From assembly GCA_045612565.1 (NCBI GenBank), contig JAZKZG010000028.1:714-64713 (forward strand): 64,000 nt of DNA, given 5' to 3'. This DNA is from Eubacteriales bacterium. Its GTDB lineage: Bacteria > Bacillota > Clostridia > Oscillospirales > QAKW01. The stretch's first letter is position 1. Every line of letters begins with the position of its first letter. The translations under genes and the position numbers were made by a program. Below, in pieces: positions 43,723 to 54,540 of the stretch. The notes under the pieces were generated by a model, which worked only from the letters and a program-made list of their open reading frames with translations, was not told where the DNA came from and made no database searches.

Positions 43723-45081
43723 ATGGAGTCATTTGCAGACGTTTGGTCAAACGCACTTTCAATAATTAAAGAAGAAGTTTCTGAAACCGCCTATGACAGT
43801 TGGATAAAGCTTTTGCGCCCCATCAAGTTTGAAGATGATACAGCTTTCCTTTATGCACAGTCAAACTTCCAAAAGGTGCTTATCAATAATAAATTTAACG
43901 ATTGTATTCAGGGCGCAATATATCGTGTAATGGGTTTTGAGGTAAAGGTTGTTGTTTTATCTGAAGAGGATGTAAGCAAAAAAGTCAGCGCACCTTTACA
44001 GGAAAAAGAAGTTGAGCCAATTAAAATAAACGAAGATGATAACAGAATAGATTTTCATCTTAATACCGAACTCACATTTGAAAATTTTGTTGTAGGTAAC
44101 GAAAACAAGTTTGCACACGCAGCGGCACTTGCTGTTGCAAATAATCCCGCTGTGGCATATAACCCGTTTTTTATTTACGGTAAGTCGGGACTCGGAAAAA
44201 CTCATCTTCTTTGTGCTATCGCAAACGAAATCCGAAAAAACAATCCCGCCGCAACAATTATGCTTGTAAAAGGCGAGGACTTTACAAATGAACTCATTGA
44301 TGCAATCAAAATGGGTGAACAGGCAAAGTTCCGCAATAAATATCGTTACGTTGACGTATTTCTTGTAGACGACGTTCAGTTTATCGGTGGTAAGGTTTCG
44401 ACCGAGATGGAATTTTTCCACACGTTTGAAGCTCTTTATGAGGCTAAAAAACAAATTATCGTAACATCTGACCGTCCGCCCAAAGATATGGCAACTCTTG
44501 AGGACAGGCTTAAAACACGTTTTGAATCGGGTCTTATTGCCGATATTCAGCCTCCCGAATACGAAACACGAGTTGCAATTATTCAAAATAAGGCAGAATC
44601 GATAAATCTTAATCTTACCGATGATGCAGTAGATTATATTGCAAATAAACTCAAAAACAATGTACGTGAACTTGAAGGCGCCGTTAAAAAGATTAAAGCA
44701 TACTCACTGATTTTTAAAGATCACACTCCTACAATCGGCGAAATTCAAAATGTTATTCAGTCGGTTATAAAAGAAAATGTTAATTCCGACATAACTCCCG
44801 ACGTAATTGTCGATCACGTTTCAAAATACTTCAATATTTCAAAAGAAGATATCTACGGCACAAAACGCCGTTCAGACATAATGAACGCGCGTCAGGTTGC
44901 TATGTACATAACACGTGAACTTACCGATATCTCACTTTCGCTTATCGGTGACGAATTCGGCGGTAAAAACCACTCAACTGTTTTACACTCAATAAATCAG
45001 ATAAGTCAAAAGATGGATACCGACTCAAAATTCTCGCAGACAATCAGCGAACTTATGGAAAATATCAAGAAATCTTTTTAA
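43723..45081 (+). CDS. dnaA: chromosomal replication initiator DnaA
   Basis: ATG 43723 after RBS AGGAG. MESFADVWSNAL...NPFFIYGKSGLGKTHL...DDVQFIGGK...KNNVRELEG...HSTVLHS is canonical. Confidence 0.97.
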   Translation: MESFADVWSNALSIIKEEVSETAYDSWIKLLRPIKFEDDTAFLYAQSNFQKVLINNKFNDCIQGAIYRVMGFEVKVVVLSEEDVSKKVSAPLQEKEVEPIKINEDDNRIDFHLNTELTFENFVVGNENKFAHAAALAVANNPAVAYNPFFIYGKSGLGKTHLLCAIANEIRKNNPAATIMLVKGEDFTNELIDAIKMGEQAKFRNKYRYVDVFLVDDVQFIGGKVSTEMEFFHTFEALYEAKKQIIVTSDRPPKDMATLEDRLKTRFESGLIADIQPPEYETRVAIIQNKAESINLNLTDDAVDYIANKLKNNVRELEGAVKKIKAYSLIFKDHTPTIGEIQNVIQSVIKENVNSDITPDVIVDHVSKYFNISKEDIYGTKRRSDIMNARQVAMYITRELTDISLSLIGDEFGGKNHSTVLHSINQISQKMDTDSKFSQTISELMENIKKSF

Positions 45082-45086
45082 CAATT

Positions 45087-45248
45087 TTTTAAACAAGTTT
45101 TTATATCTTTTAAACAGTTTCATAAACCATTTTTTTCCATCAGAAACAACTGTTTAAAACCCAATAATTTTAAACATAGATTGCCATTTGTTTTTAACAT
45201 CGATTTTTTAAGGTGCCACAAACAAAAACTGCAATTTTAAACAGTTTC
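45087..45248. repeat. six copies of TTTTAAACA (two extended to TTTTAAACAGTTTC) in the dnaA-dnaN spacer
   Basis: Copies at 45087-45100, 45108-45121, 45143-45159 (inverted, with a 3-nt insertion), 45168-45176, 45191-45199 (8/9 match) and 45235-45248. Spacings are about 21, 23, 44 and 60 bp. Confidence 0.75.
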
Positions 45249-45256
45249 AACCTACT

Positions 45257-45274
45257 CTACTACTGCTACTTCTA
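45257..45274 (-). promoter_or_regulatory. DnaA-trio-like run (bottom strand 3'-GAT GAT GAC GAT GAA GAT-5')
   Basis: The top strand reads CTA CTA CTG CTA CTT CTA at strict 3-nt periodicity. The central A is conserved in all six trios, and the run lies 9 nt right of the last 14-mer. Confidence 0.55.
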
Positions 45275-45304
45275 AATGTATAGAAAAGAAAGGAAATGAT
45301 TTTT

Positions 45305-46429
45305 ATGCGTTTTGTATGCCAGAAAGATAAACTCAATGAAGCGGTAAGCATTGTTTCAAAAGCCGCATCAGTTAAATCAACCATCTCTGCTCTTGAAGGA
45401 ATTAAGGCAGAGGTAAAAGACGGACTTATTAAATTATCGGCTTATGACTTCACTCTTGCAATATCTGCTTCTTTTGATGCTGATGTTGTTGAAGAGGGAA
45501 CAATTATATTTCCTGCAAAACTTTTTGGTGATATTATCCGCAAACTTCCAAACGGCGAAATTTATATTGAAGCCGATGAAAATTATCAGATAAAAATTAC
45601 TGCAGGCGGTTCGTTCTTTAATATTATGGGCGTATCACCCGAAGATTTTCCTGAAATACCTACTGTTGATACAATTGACAGAGTTGACCTTGCAGTACCC
45701 GCATTTAAACGTCTTGTAAAACAGACAATCTATGCGGCATCAACTCTTGATATAAAACCTATCTTAACAGGTATTCTTTTTCAGATTAATGACGAGGAAT
45801 CGAGTGTTCTTGCAGTTGGTCTTGACCAATTCAGACTTGCTCTTAAAAAAGAAAGTTTTGAATATAAGTCAGGAGAACTTTCGGAGTTTATTGTTCCTGC
45901 AAAAATACTTAAAGAAATAATAAACATTTTGCCTGAAGAAACCGATTCAAACATCGGTATCTCGGTATCAGGTAAAAACGTTATGTTTACTTATGAGAAT
46001 TTTGTTATTATTTCACGTACTCTTGAAGGTGAATTTTTAAATTATAAAAATGTTATTCCAAAAGAGAGTTCTTTTGAAGTTAAAGTAAAAACGCGTGATC
46101 TTCGCGCAATGATAGACCGTGCAGCGCTAATTACTTCAAATGCAATAAAAAGTCCTATAAGATGTGATTTTGATTTTGATTCAATTAAAATTTCAACTGC
46201 ATCAAATATCGGTAAATTTTCCGATATGATAAATACTGATAACTTTGGTCAAAAAATGACAGTCGGATTCAATAACAAATTTATGCTTGAGGCACTCTCG
46301 GCATGTGACTGTGACGATATTATAATTAAAATTAATTCGGAACTCACACCAATTCTTATTTTACCGCCCGAAGGCGATGACTTTTTGTTTATGGTGCTTC
46401 CGATGCGCCTTAATCTTGACCTTAAATGA
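45305..46429 (+). CDS. dnaN: DNA polymerase III beta sliding clamp
   Basis: ATG 45305 (MRFVCQKDKLNEAVSIVSKA...). About 374 aa, at the canonical position after dnaA. Confidence 0.95.
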   Translation: MRFVCQKDKLNEAVSIVSKAASVKSTISALEGIKAEVKDGLIKLSAYDFTLAISASFDADVVEEGTIIFPAKLFGDIIRKLPNGEIYIEADENYQIKITAGGSFFNIMGVSPEDFPEIPTVDTIDRVDLAVPAFKRLVKQTIYAASTLDIKPILTGILFQINDEESSVLAVGLDQFRLALKKESFEYKSGELSEFIVPAKILKEIINILPEETDSNIGISVSGKNVMFTYENFVIISRTLEGEFLNYKNVIPKESSFEVKVKTRDLRAMIDRAALITSNAIKSPIRCDFDFDSIKISTASNIGKFSDMINTDNFGQKMTVGFNNKFMLEALSACDCDDIIIKINSELTPILILPPEGDDFLFMVLPMRLNLDLK

Positions 46430-47508
46430 TTATAAAATCAATTATATTAAAAGACTTCAGAAACTTTGTTTTTGAAAAAATAGAGTTTGAAAAAGGTGTT
46501 AATATCCTTGTTGGAAAAAACGGTCAGGGTAAGACGAATATTTTAGAGGCAATCAGTTTTTGTTCGTTTTTAAAGAGTTTCCGCGCGGCAAAAGAAGAAC
46601 AGTTAATTCGATTCGGATGCAACAGTGCGCGTATACAAATTGAATATTTAAATCAAAATAATACTGAGAGTATTGAAATTGTTATAAATAAAGACGGTAA
46701 TAAGCAGTTAAAACACAACGGAATGACTGTTTTAAAAAACCGAGAACTTATCGGCAGTTTTTTATCAATACTCTTCACACCCGACCATCTTAACCTCATA
46801 AAAGAGGGTCCGAACAAACGGCGTTCGTTTTTGGATATGGCGCTTTGCTCACTTGATATAAAATATACCGATGCACTGCTTCGATATCAAAAAATATTGG
46901 CACAAAGAAATGCGCTTTTAAAAAAAGAAAGCGTTATTGAAGATTTGCTCGAAATATATGACAGAAAACTCGCATATGAGGGTGCGTATATTGCGAATGC
47001 AAGAGCAAGATATATTGAAAAATTAGAATATTTTGCAAAAACAATTTTTGGTGATATTTCAAAATCACAAAACAAATTAAAACTTTTATATATTAACCAA
47101 TTTTCAAAAACTGTTGAAAACTGTGAGCAGATAGAAAAGGCAATGTATGAGCGTTATCAGAAAACACACGCAACAGATATTTTGCTGAAAATGACAACGA
47201 GCGGTATTCAAAAAGATGACCTGCTCATTTTGCAAAACGGAAAAAGCCTTAAATATTTCGGTTCTCAGGGACAGATACGCTCGGCTGTACTTTCACTCAT
47301 ACTTGCACAGGCAGACGTGATTTTTGACAAATACGGCGAGTATCCTGTAATTATACTTGATGATATTTTGTCGGAACTCGACAGAACACGTCAAAAGTAT
47401 ATTTTTACAGGTTCACGTGCATCCCAAGTGCTTGTTTCGACTTGTGAAACGCAAAAGGCACGCGGAAAGGGAAATATAATAAAAGTCAGCGAAGGCAGGA
47501 TTGTTTAA
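46426..47508 (+). CDS. recF: DNA replication and repair protein RecF
   Basis: 360 aa with Walker A GKNGQGKTNILEA and signature FGSQGQIRSAVLSL. Overlaps the dnaN stop by 4 nt. Confidence 0.95.
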   Translation: MIIKSIILKDFRNFVFEKIEFEKGVNILVGKNGQGKTNILEAISFCSFLKSFRAAKEEQLIRFGCNSARIQIEYLNQNNTESIEIVINKDGNKQLKHNGMTVLKNRELIGSFLSILFTPDHLNLIKEGPNKRRSFLDMALCSLDIKYTDALLRYQKILAQRNALLKKESVIEDLLEIYDRKLAYEGAYIANARARYIEKLEYFAKTIFGDISKSQNKLKLLYINQFSKTVENCEQIEKAMYERYQKTHATDILLKMTTSGIQKDDLLILQNGKSLKYFGSQGQIRSAVLSLILAQADVIFDKYGEYPVIILDDILSELDRTRQKYIFTGSRASQVLVSTCETQKARGKGNIIKVSEGRIV

Positions 47509-47509
47509 A

Positions 47510-47779
47510 ATGTATCTTCACTTAGGTAACGATATTGTTATAAAAAAGAAAGATATACTCGGAATTTATGATCTTGATAATACAACAATATCAAAACGCA
47601 CCCGCGAATTTCTGGAGTATTATGAAAAATCAGGAAGGCTCAGTTATGCAACAACCGATCTTCCAAAATCATTTATAGTATATACACAAGAAAAAAACAC
47701 ATTTGTTTGTGTTTCGCAAATTTCAACATCAACTTTGTTAAAACGCTGTGAATTTATAAAGAAAATATCTGAAATATAA
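47510..47779 (+). CDS. DUF370 (RemB/YaaB-like) protein
   Basis: MYLHLGNDIVIKKKDILGIYDLDNTTISKRTREFL...KSFIV, at the conserved recF-gyrB position. Confidence 0.8.
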   Translation: MYLHLGNDIVIKKKDILGIYDLDNTTISKRTREFLEYYEKSGRLSYATTDLPKSFIVYTQEKNTFVCVSQISTSTLLKRCEFIKKISEI

Positions 47780-47788
47780 GAGATATAG

Positions 47789-49714
<1,926 letters not shown>

Positions 49715-49726
49715 GGTGAACAGAAG

Positions 49727-52216
49727 ATGGCAGAAATTAAACATAGCAGTGAAATAGATTTCGAGGGACAGAAAGTCATTAACATCGATGTCGAAAACGA
49801 GGTAAGAAACGCCTTTATCGACTATGCGATGAGTGTTATTACAGCACGTGCCCTCCCCGATGTCCGTGACGGTTTAAAACCTGTTCACAGACGTATACTT
49901 TACACAATGCACCGCGCAAACCTCACTCCCGACAAACCGTATCGTAAATCGGCTACCACAGTCGGTGATGTGCTCGGTCATTTCCATCCCCACGGTGACG
50001 CTTCGGTTTATGATGCGATGGTACGTCTTGCACAGACATTTTCGCTTCGTTATCCGCTCGTTGACGGTCAGGGTAACTTCGGTTCGATTGACGGTGACGG
50101 CCCTGCTGCTTACCGTTACACCGAGGCAAGAATGCAAAAAATTGCACTCGAAATGCTCACCGATATCAAAAAAGATACCGTTGACTTTATGCCCAACTTT
50201 GACGATAAGGACGAGGAGCCTACAGTTCTTCCCGCACGTTTTCCAAATCTTCTCGTAAATGGCTCATCGGGTATCGCGGTTGGTATGGCAACCGAAATTC
50301 CGCCTCACAATCTCACCGAGGTTATTGACGGTACAATCGCGCTTATGGAAAACCCCGATATTGATATTGAAGGGCTTATGGAATATGTAAAAGGCCCCGA
50401 CTATCCCACAGGCGGTATAATTATGGGCAAAACCGGTATCCGTAATGCCTATAAAACGGGCCGCGGCAAGATTTATGTTCGTGCAAAGGCAGAAATTGAA
50501 GAGCACAAAGAGGGTAAATTCCGAATTGTTGTTACCGAAATTCCGTATATGGTACGCAAGTCTGCACTTATCGAAAAAATTGCCGAAGAAGTTAAGGGTG
50601 AGCGCATAAACGGTATCTCGGATATCCGTGACGAGTCGGACAAAGACGGTCTTCGTTTTGTTATTGAACTCAAAAAAGAGGCAAATCCGCAGGTTGTTTT
50701 AAACCAACTTTATAAATACACCGAGATGCAGTCAACTTGCTCGGCAATTATGATTGCGCTCGTTAACGGTGTGCCTAAGTGCTTAAATCTCAAAGAGATG
50801 CTCACCGAGTATGTTGGTCATCAGCGCAGTGTTATTACACGTCGTACACAGTATGATATCAACAAGGCAAAGGCACGTGCACATATACTTGAAGGTTTAC
50901 TTAAAGCCATTGATTATATTGACGAGGTAATTGAACTTATTAAAAAGTCATCGTCGATTGCTGATGCAAAACTTGCTCTTATGAACCGCTTTGAACTCGA
51001 TGATGCACAGGCACAGGCTATTGTTGATATGCGCCTCGGTCAGCTCTCGGGTCTTGAACGCGACAAAATCGAAAATGAATATAAAGAACTTACCGAAAAA
51101 ATTGCAGACCTCGAGGATATCCTTGCAAACGCATGGAGAGTTGATGCAATCATCAAAGAGGATCTCTCTGAAATCAAACGTAAATACGGCGATGCAAGAC
51201 GTACTGAAATCGGCGTAGGTGAGGTAGGTCTTGAGGATGAGGACTTAATTCCCGTTGAAGACTGCGTATTTACACTTACCGATGCAGGTTATGTTAAACG
51301 TATCCAGACGTCAGAATACCGCGCACAGCACAGAGGCGGTGTTGGCGTTAAGGGTGTCAAAACAAAAGAGGATGACACAGTGCGTCAGATGTTTGTTGCA
51401 TCAACCCACGATTATATCCTGTTCTTTACCAACTTAGGCCGTGTATACAAGGCAAAGGGCTATGAAATCCCCGAAAGTTCACGTACCGCAAAGGGTACAA
51501 GCGCCGTTAATATCATTCCGCTTATGTCAGGTGAGCGCGTATCGTCAATGGTTAAGGTAAGTGAATTTAGTGACGATAGTTATCTTCTTATGGTAACACG
51601 CAACGGTACCGTTAAAAAGACATCAATGAGCGAGTATGCAAATATCCGTAAAACAGGTGTTATTGCGATAATAATCGATGAAAACGATACTCTTGATACT
51701 GTTCTTAAAACAACAGGTGATGATAATATCATTATTGCATCACACTTTGGTAAGGCTATTAAGTTCTCTGAAATTGATGCACGTCCTATGGGCCGTGTTA
51801 CCCGCGGTGTGCGCGGTATCAGGCTTGAGGATGATGACTTTGTTGTTGGTGCGATTATTGAACAGCCCGACTCGGCAATTCTTACAATCACCGAAAACGG
51901 CTATGGTAAACGTACCGAAACCACCGAGTATCGTGTACAAGCTCGTGGCGGTAAGGGTGTTGGTAACTATAATATTACCGACAAAACAGGTAATATTGCC
52001 GCAATTGCTGTAACAACAGGCAACGAAGATATTATGCTTATCACTTCGGGCGGACAAGTTATGCGTACATCGGTTGAAGAAATTTCGGTATTTGGCAGAA
52101 CAACTCAGGGTGTTCGTATTGTAAAACTTCCCGAGGGCGTAAAGGTTATTGATATTGCGCTTTCCGAAAAGGAAGAAGAAACACCCGAAACCACTGAGGA
52201 AGAAACTGAAGAATAA
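49727..52216 (+). CDS. gyrA: DNA gyrase subunit A
   Basis: 829 aa. [18 protein letters not shown]...[17 protein letters not shown]...[10 protein letters not shown] carries the active-site Tyr region. The tail is acidic. Confidence 0.98.
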   Translation: MAEIKHSSEIDFEGQKVINIDVENEVRNAFIDYAMSVITARALPDVRDGLKPVHRRILYTMHRANLTPDKPYRKSATTVGDVLGHFHPHGDASVYDAMVRLAQTFSLRYPLVDGQGNFGSIDGDGPAAYRYTEARMQKIALEMLTDIKKDTVDFMPNFDDKDEEPTVLPARFPNLLVNGSSGIAVGMATEIPPHNLTEVIDGTIALMENPDIDIEGLMEYVKGPDYPTGGIIMGKTGIRNAYKTGRGKIYVRAKAEIEEHKEGKFRIVVTEIPYMVRKSALIEKIAEEVKGERINGISDIRDESDKDGLRFVIELKKEANPQVVLNQLYKYTEMQSTCSAIMIALVNGVPKCLNLKEMLTEYVGHQRSVITRRTQYDINKAKARAHILEGLLKAIDYIDEVIELIKKSSSIADAKLALMNRFELDDAQAQAIVDMRLGQLSGLERDKIENEYKELTEKIADLEDILANAWRVDAIIKEDLSEIKRKYGDARRTEIGVGEVGLEDEDLIPVEDCVFTLTDAGYVKRIQTSEYRAQHRGGVGVKGVKTKEDDTVRQMFVASTHDYILFFTNLGRVYKAKGYEIPESSRTAKGTSAVNIIPLMSGERVSSMVKVSEFSDDSYLLMVTRNGTVKKTSMSEYANIRKTGVIAIIIDENDTLDTVLKTTGDDNIIIASHFGKAIKFSEIDARPMGRVTRGVRGIRLEDDDFVVGAIIEQPDSAILTITENGYGKRTETTEYRVQARGGKGVGNYNITDKTGNIAAIAVTTGNEDIMLITSGGQVMRTSVEEISVFGRTTQGVRIVKLPEGVKVIDIALSEKEEETPETTEEETEE

Positions 52217-52289
52217 AAATATAAAAATTGGCTCCAGACTTATAATGGATCCAATTTTTCAAAATACGTAAAAACCAAAGGCTACTTCT

Positions 52290-52381
52290 GGGAGGGAGTT
52301 GTCACCGAAGGTGACTGAGGGAGAACGTTAATAGAAATAAAAGCAAAATTTCGCAAACTCCCTCCGTCACGCATTTGCGTG
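52290..52381. repeat. nested inverted-repeat element downstream of gyrA
   Basis: The outer inverted repeat is GGGAGGGAGTT (52290-52300) / AACTCCCTCC (52356-52365). Inner hairpins are GTCACC-gaa-GGTGAC (52301-52315) and CACGCA-ttt-GCGTG (52368-52381). Confidence 0.6.
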
Positions 52382-52422
52382 TCACCTTACTCTCGGAGGA
52401 AGGCAAAAGAGAGAGTAGAATT

Positions 52423-53226
52423 ATGAACGTAGATATAATTATTTTTAGTGGTCAAAGTAATATGCAAGGGCAGAGTCCCACGCTCAATAGTCCATTTATA
52501 GTTCAAAACTGCTATGAATATAAATATTTAACCGATGAGTTTGTTCCGCTTAGCGACCCTGTCGGTGAAAACATCCGCCGTGACGGCAGCAAAGGTATTC
52601 CGCTTGACCCTGATGTTCCATTAAAAGAAATTCTTCCCGAATGGTTAAGGGCACACGCTCTGGGTGCATCCGGCTTTGGTTACGCATCGCTTGTTCCGAG
52701 TTTTTGTAAAGAATACGGCAAACCAACCGTTGCAATCCACTGTGCAAAAGGCTCAACTACTATAGCCGAGTGGAGTGAAGGCTCAGATGGATATAATCTT
52801 TTGATGAAAAAGGCAAAAGCAGGTGTTAAAAAAGCAAAAGAAAATTTTACAGTAGAAAAAATCTATTTTGTGTGGCTTCAGGGTGAAAGCGATCAGATTG
52901 AAGGAAACAGCGAAGAATATTATATAAAAAAAATCACCAACCTCAAAAACTCACTGAAATGTGAGGTTGGTATTGATAAATTCGGAATTATACGCGTTGG
53001 CCGTTTTACAAAAACCGAAAAGGACGACGCAATTATAAACGCACAGTATAGCGTGTGCAAAACCGACCCTGATTTTATAATGCTTAGCGAAATTACAGAA
53101 GAAATCTGCCAAGACGAGCAGAATATGAATCCTTATTTTAAAGGTCACTATAGCGAAAAGGGCTATGCCAAAATCGGCATTGCCGCCGCAAACGGCCTTA
53201 AAGTAATAAAAAAAGACCTCAATTGA
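52423..53226 (+). CDS. sialate/carbohydrate O-acetylesterase-like SGNH-type esterase (DUF303 family)
   Basis: ATG 52423 gives MNVDIIIFSGQSNMQGQ, where GQSNM is the catalytic-Ser block, and WLQGESD follows. The longer track ORF begins inside the inverted-repeat element. Confidence 0.7.
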   Translation: MNVDIIIFSGQSNMQGQSPTLNSPFIVQNCYEYKYLTDEFVPLSDPVGENIRRDGSKGIPLDPDVPLKEILPEWLRAHALGASGFGYASLVPSFCKEYGKPTVAIHCAKGSTTIAEWSEGSDGYNLLMKKAKAGVKKAKENFTVEKIYFVWLQGESDQIEGNSEEYYIKKITNLKNSLKCEVGIDKFGIIRVGRFTKTEKDDAIINAQYSVCKTDPDFIMLSEITEEICQDEQNMNPYFKGHYSEKGYAKIGIAAANGLKVIKKDLN

Positions 53227-53237
53227 GGTCTTTTTTA
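53208..53237. terminator. bidirectional intrinsic terminator
   Basis: AAAAAAAGACCTC-aatt-GAGGTCTTTTTT. Confidence 0.85.
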
Positions 53238-53313
53238 TTATTACGTAACCGCCGCTATGCTCAAGGGGAGATGTGCCCCAGGTAAAGTCGAGCGGATCGG
53301 CGCCAACAAACAG

Positions 53314-53415
53314 CTAGTTTTCGATTGTTTCCAAATCAACTATCTGTATTCTATCTTTTGTTATTACTACAGGTATATTTTTATCGTTTGTAAACTCGTA
53401 GTAAAGATTATTCAT
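53314..53415 (-). CDS. 33-codon ORF translationally coupled (ATGA overlap) to the acyltransferase gene; hypothetical
   Basis: MNNLYYEFTNDKNIPVVITKDRIQIVDLETIEN*. Its ATG (53413-53415) overlaps the TGA of the upstream gene. It falls below the ORF-track length cutoff. Confidence 0.3.
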   Translation of the reverse strand: MNNLYYEFTNDKNIPVVITKDRIQIVDLETIEN

Positions 53416-54482
53416 ATTTTTGATTGTATAAAATCGCACAGTTTTTCAATATGTAAAAGTTTAAACAAAAGTACGCGCACCTTGTCGATAAGTACACACA
53501 CAACAAAAATTGTAAGTGCGATTGCCACAACTGTCAAAACAAGCATTACGGGAGAAAAGTCACCGACGTTTTTAAACGCACCTTTAATTATGTTGTCTCT
53601 GAAATAATTGTTGTCGTGAATGAGATATACCGAAAATGCCGATGTTGAGAAAAATGTGATAAGTCCTGCCACAAATTTGTGTTTTATATTGATTTTTGCA
53701 AAGAGGCAAACAGTCATTATTGCCGCAATCACAATGGTGGGTGAGATGTATGAAACAAGCGAATCACTTAGTTTTATCATTCCCTGACTGATGTCAACCC
53801 CAACACTGTTAATTTTTACAAGCCAGGTTGAAAGGTATGCAATTAACAATGTCGGCAGTGCGGCATAGACGGGTATTTTTTTATAAAGTTCCGTCTTTTT
53901 GATAATCGCGCCCAGAGTGTACATAGGCAAAAACCACATAACGCTGTAGCCGTTTGCAAGTTTAAAATAGTCACCGTGTGCTTTTGTGTATGTGCCGTAT
54001 ACCGAGAACACCAAAAAGATTATTATGCCAACAATATAAAGTGTCTTTTTGTCGGCGTAATTGACAAATCCGTTTATTAACGGCGAAAGCACAAGCATAC
54101 CGATATAGCATGTAAAAAACCAATATTGATATGTGGTAACCGGCATAAAGGTAGAACCGAGGTCAGAAATCGGCACAGTCTGCGGGTAAAATCTTGTCAA
54201 TATTGCAAAGATTGATACCGAGTACAAAAGCACGGTAAGATATAATGTCACCACGCTTTTAAGGCTCGGCAAAACGCGCTTACAGCCGACAAAGCCCGAG
54301 ATGAGCAAAAAGCAGTCGACTGCGGGGTAACCGACAACTTCCAAAAACCACGCGGTATCAAACTGATTTTCGCGAATGGCACCCGATAGCACACCGCCGT
54401 GACCGAGTATGTGCAGTGTTGCAACACCGATCATGGTAATAATTCTCAAAAGGTCAATCCCATAGTTACGCGATTTATTCAT
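53412..54482 (-). CDS. acyltransferase family 3 membrane O-acyltransferase
   Basis: 356 aa with about 10 TM segments. YGIDLLRIITMIGVATLHILGHGG is the acyltransferase_3 N-terminal His motif. Confidence 0.8.
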   Translation of the reverse strand: MNKSRNYGIDLLRIITMIGVATLHILGHGGVLSGAIRENQFDTAWFLEVVGYPAVDCFLLISGFVGCKRVLPSLKSVVTLYLTVLLYSVSIFAILTRFYPQTVPISDLGSTFMPVTTYQYWFFTCYIGMLVLSPLINGFVNYADKKTLYIVGIIIFLVFSVYGTYTKAHGDYFKLANGYSVMWFLPMYTLGAIIKKTELYKKIPVYAALPTLLIAYLSTWLVKINSVGVDISQGMIKLSDSLVSYISPTIVIAAIMTVCLFAKINIKHKFVAGLITFFSTSAFSVYLIHDNNYFRDNIIKGAFKNVGDFSPVMLVLTVVAIALTIFVVCVLIDKVRVLLFKLLHIEKLCDFIQSKI

Positions 54483-54540
54483 AGGCGTATCTCCTTAATC
54501 ATTATATTTTAATAATATAATAATCTTTTAAAAAAGTAAA

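Noticed and set aside
53257-53607. 116-aa + strand ORF.
   Set aside because: It is antisense to the 3' end of the well-supported acyltransferase gene and spans the terminator-proximal spacer. It has no RBS.
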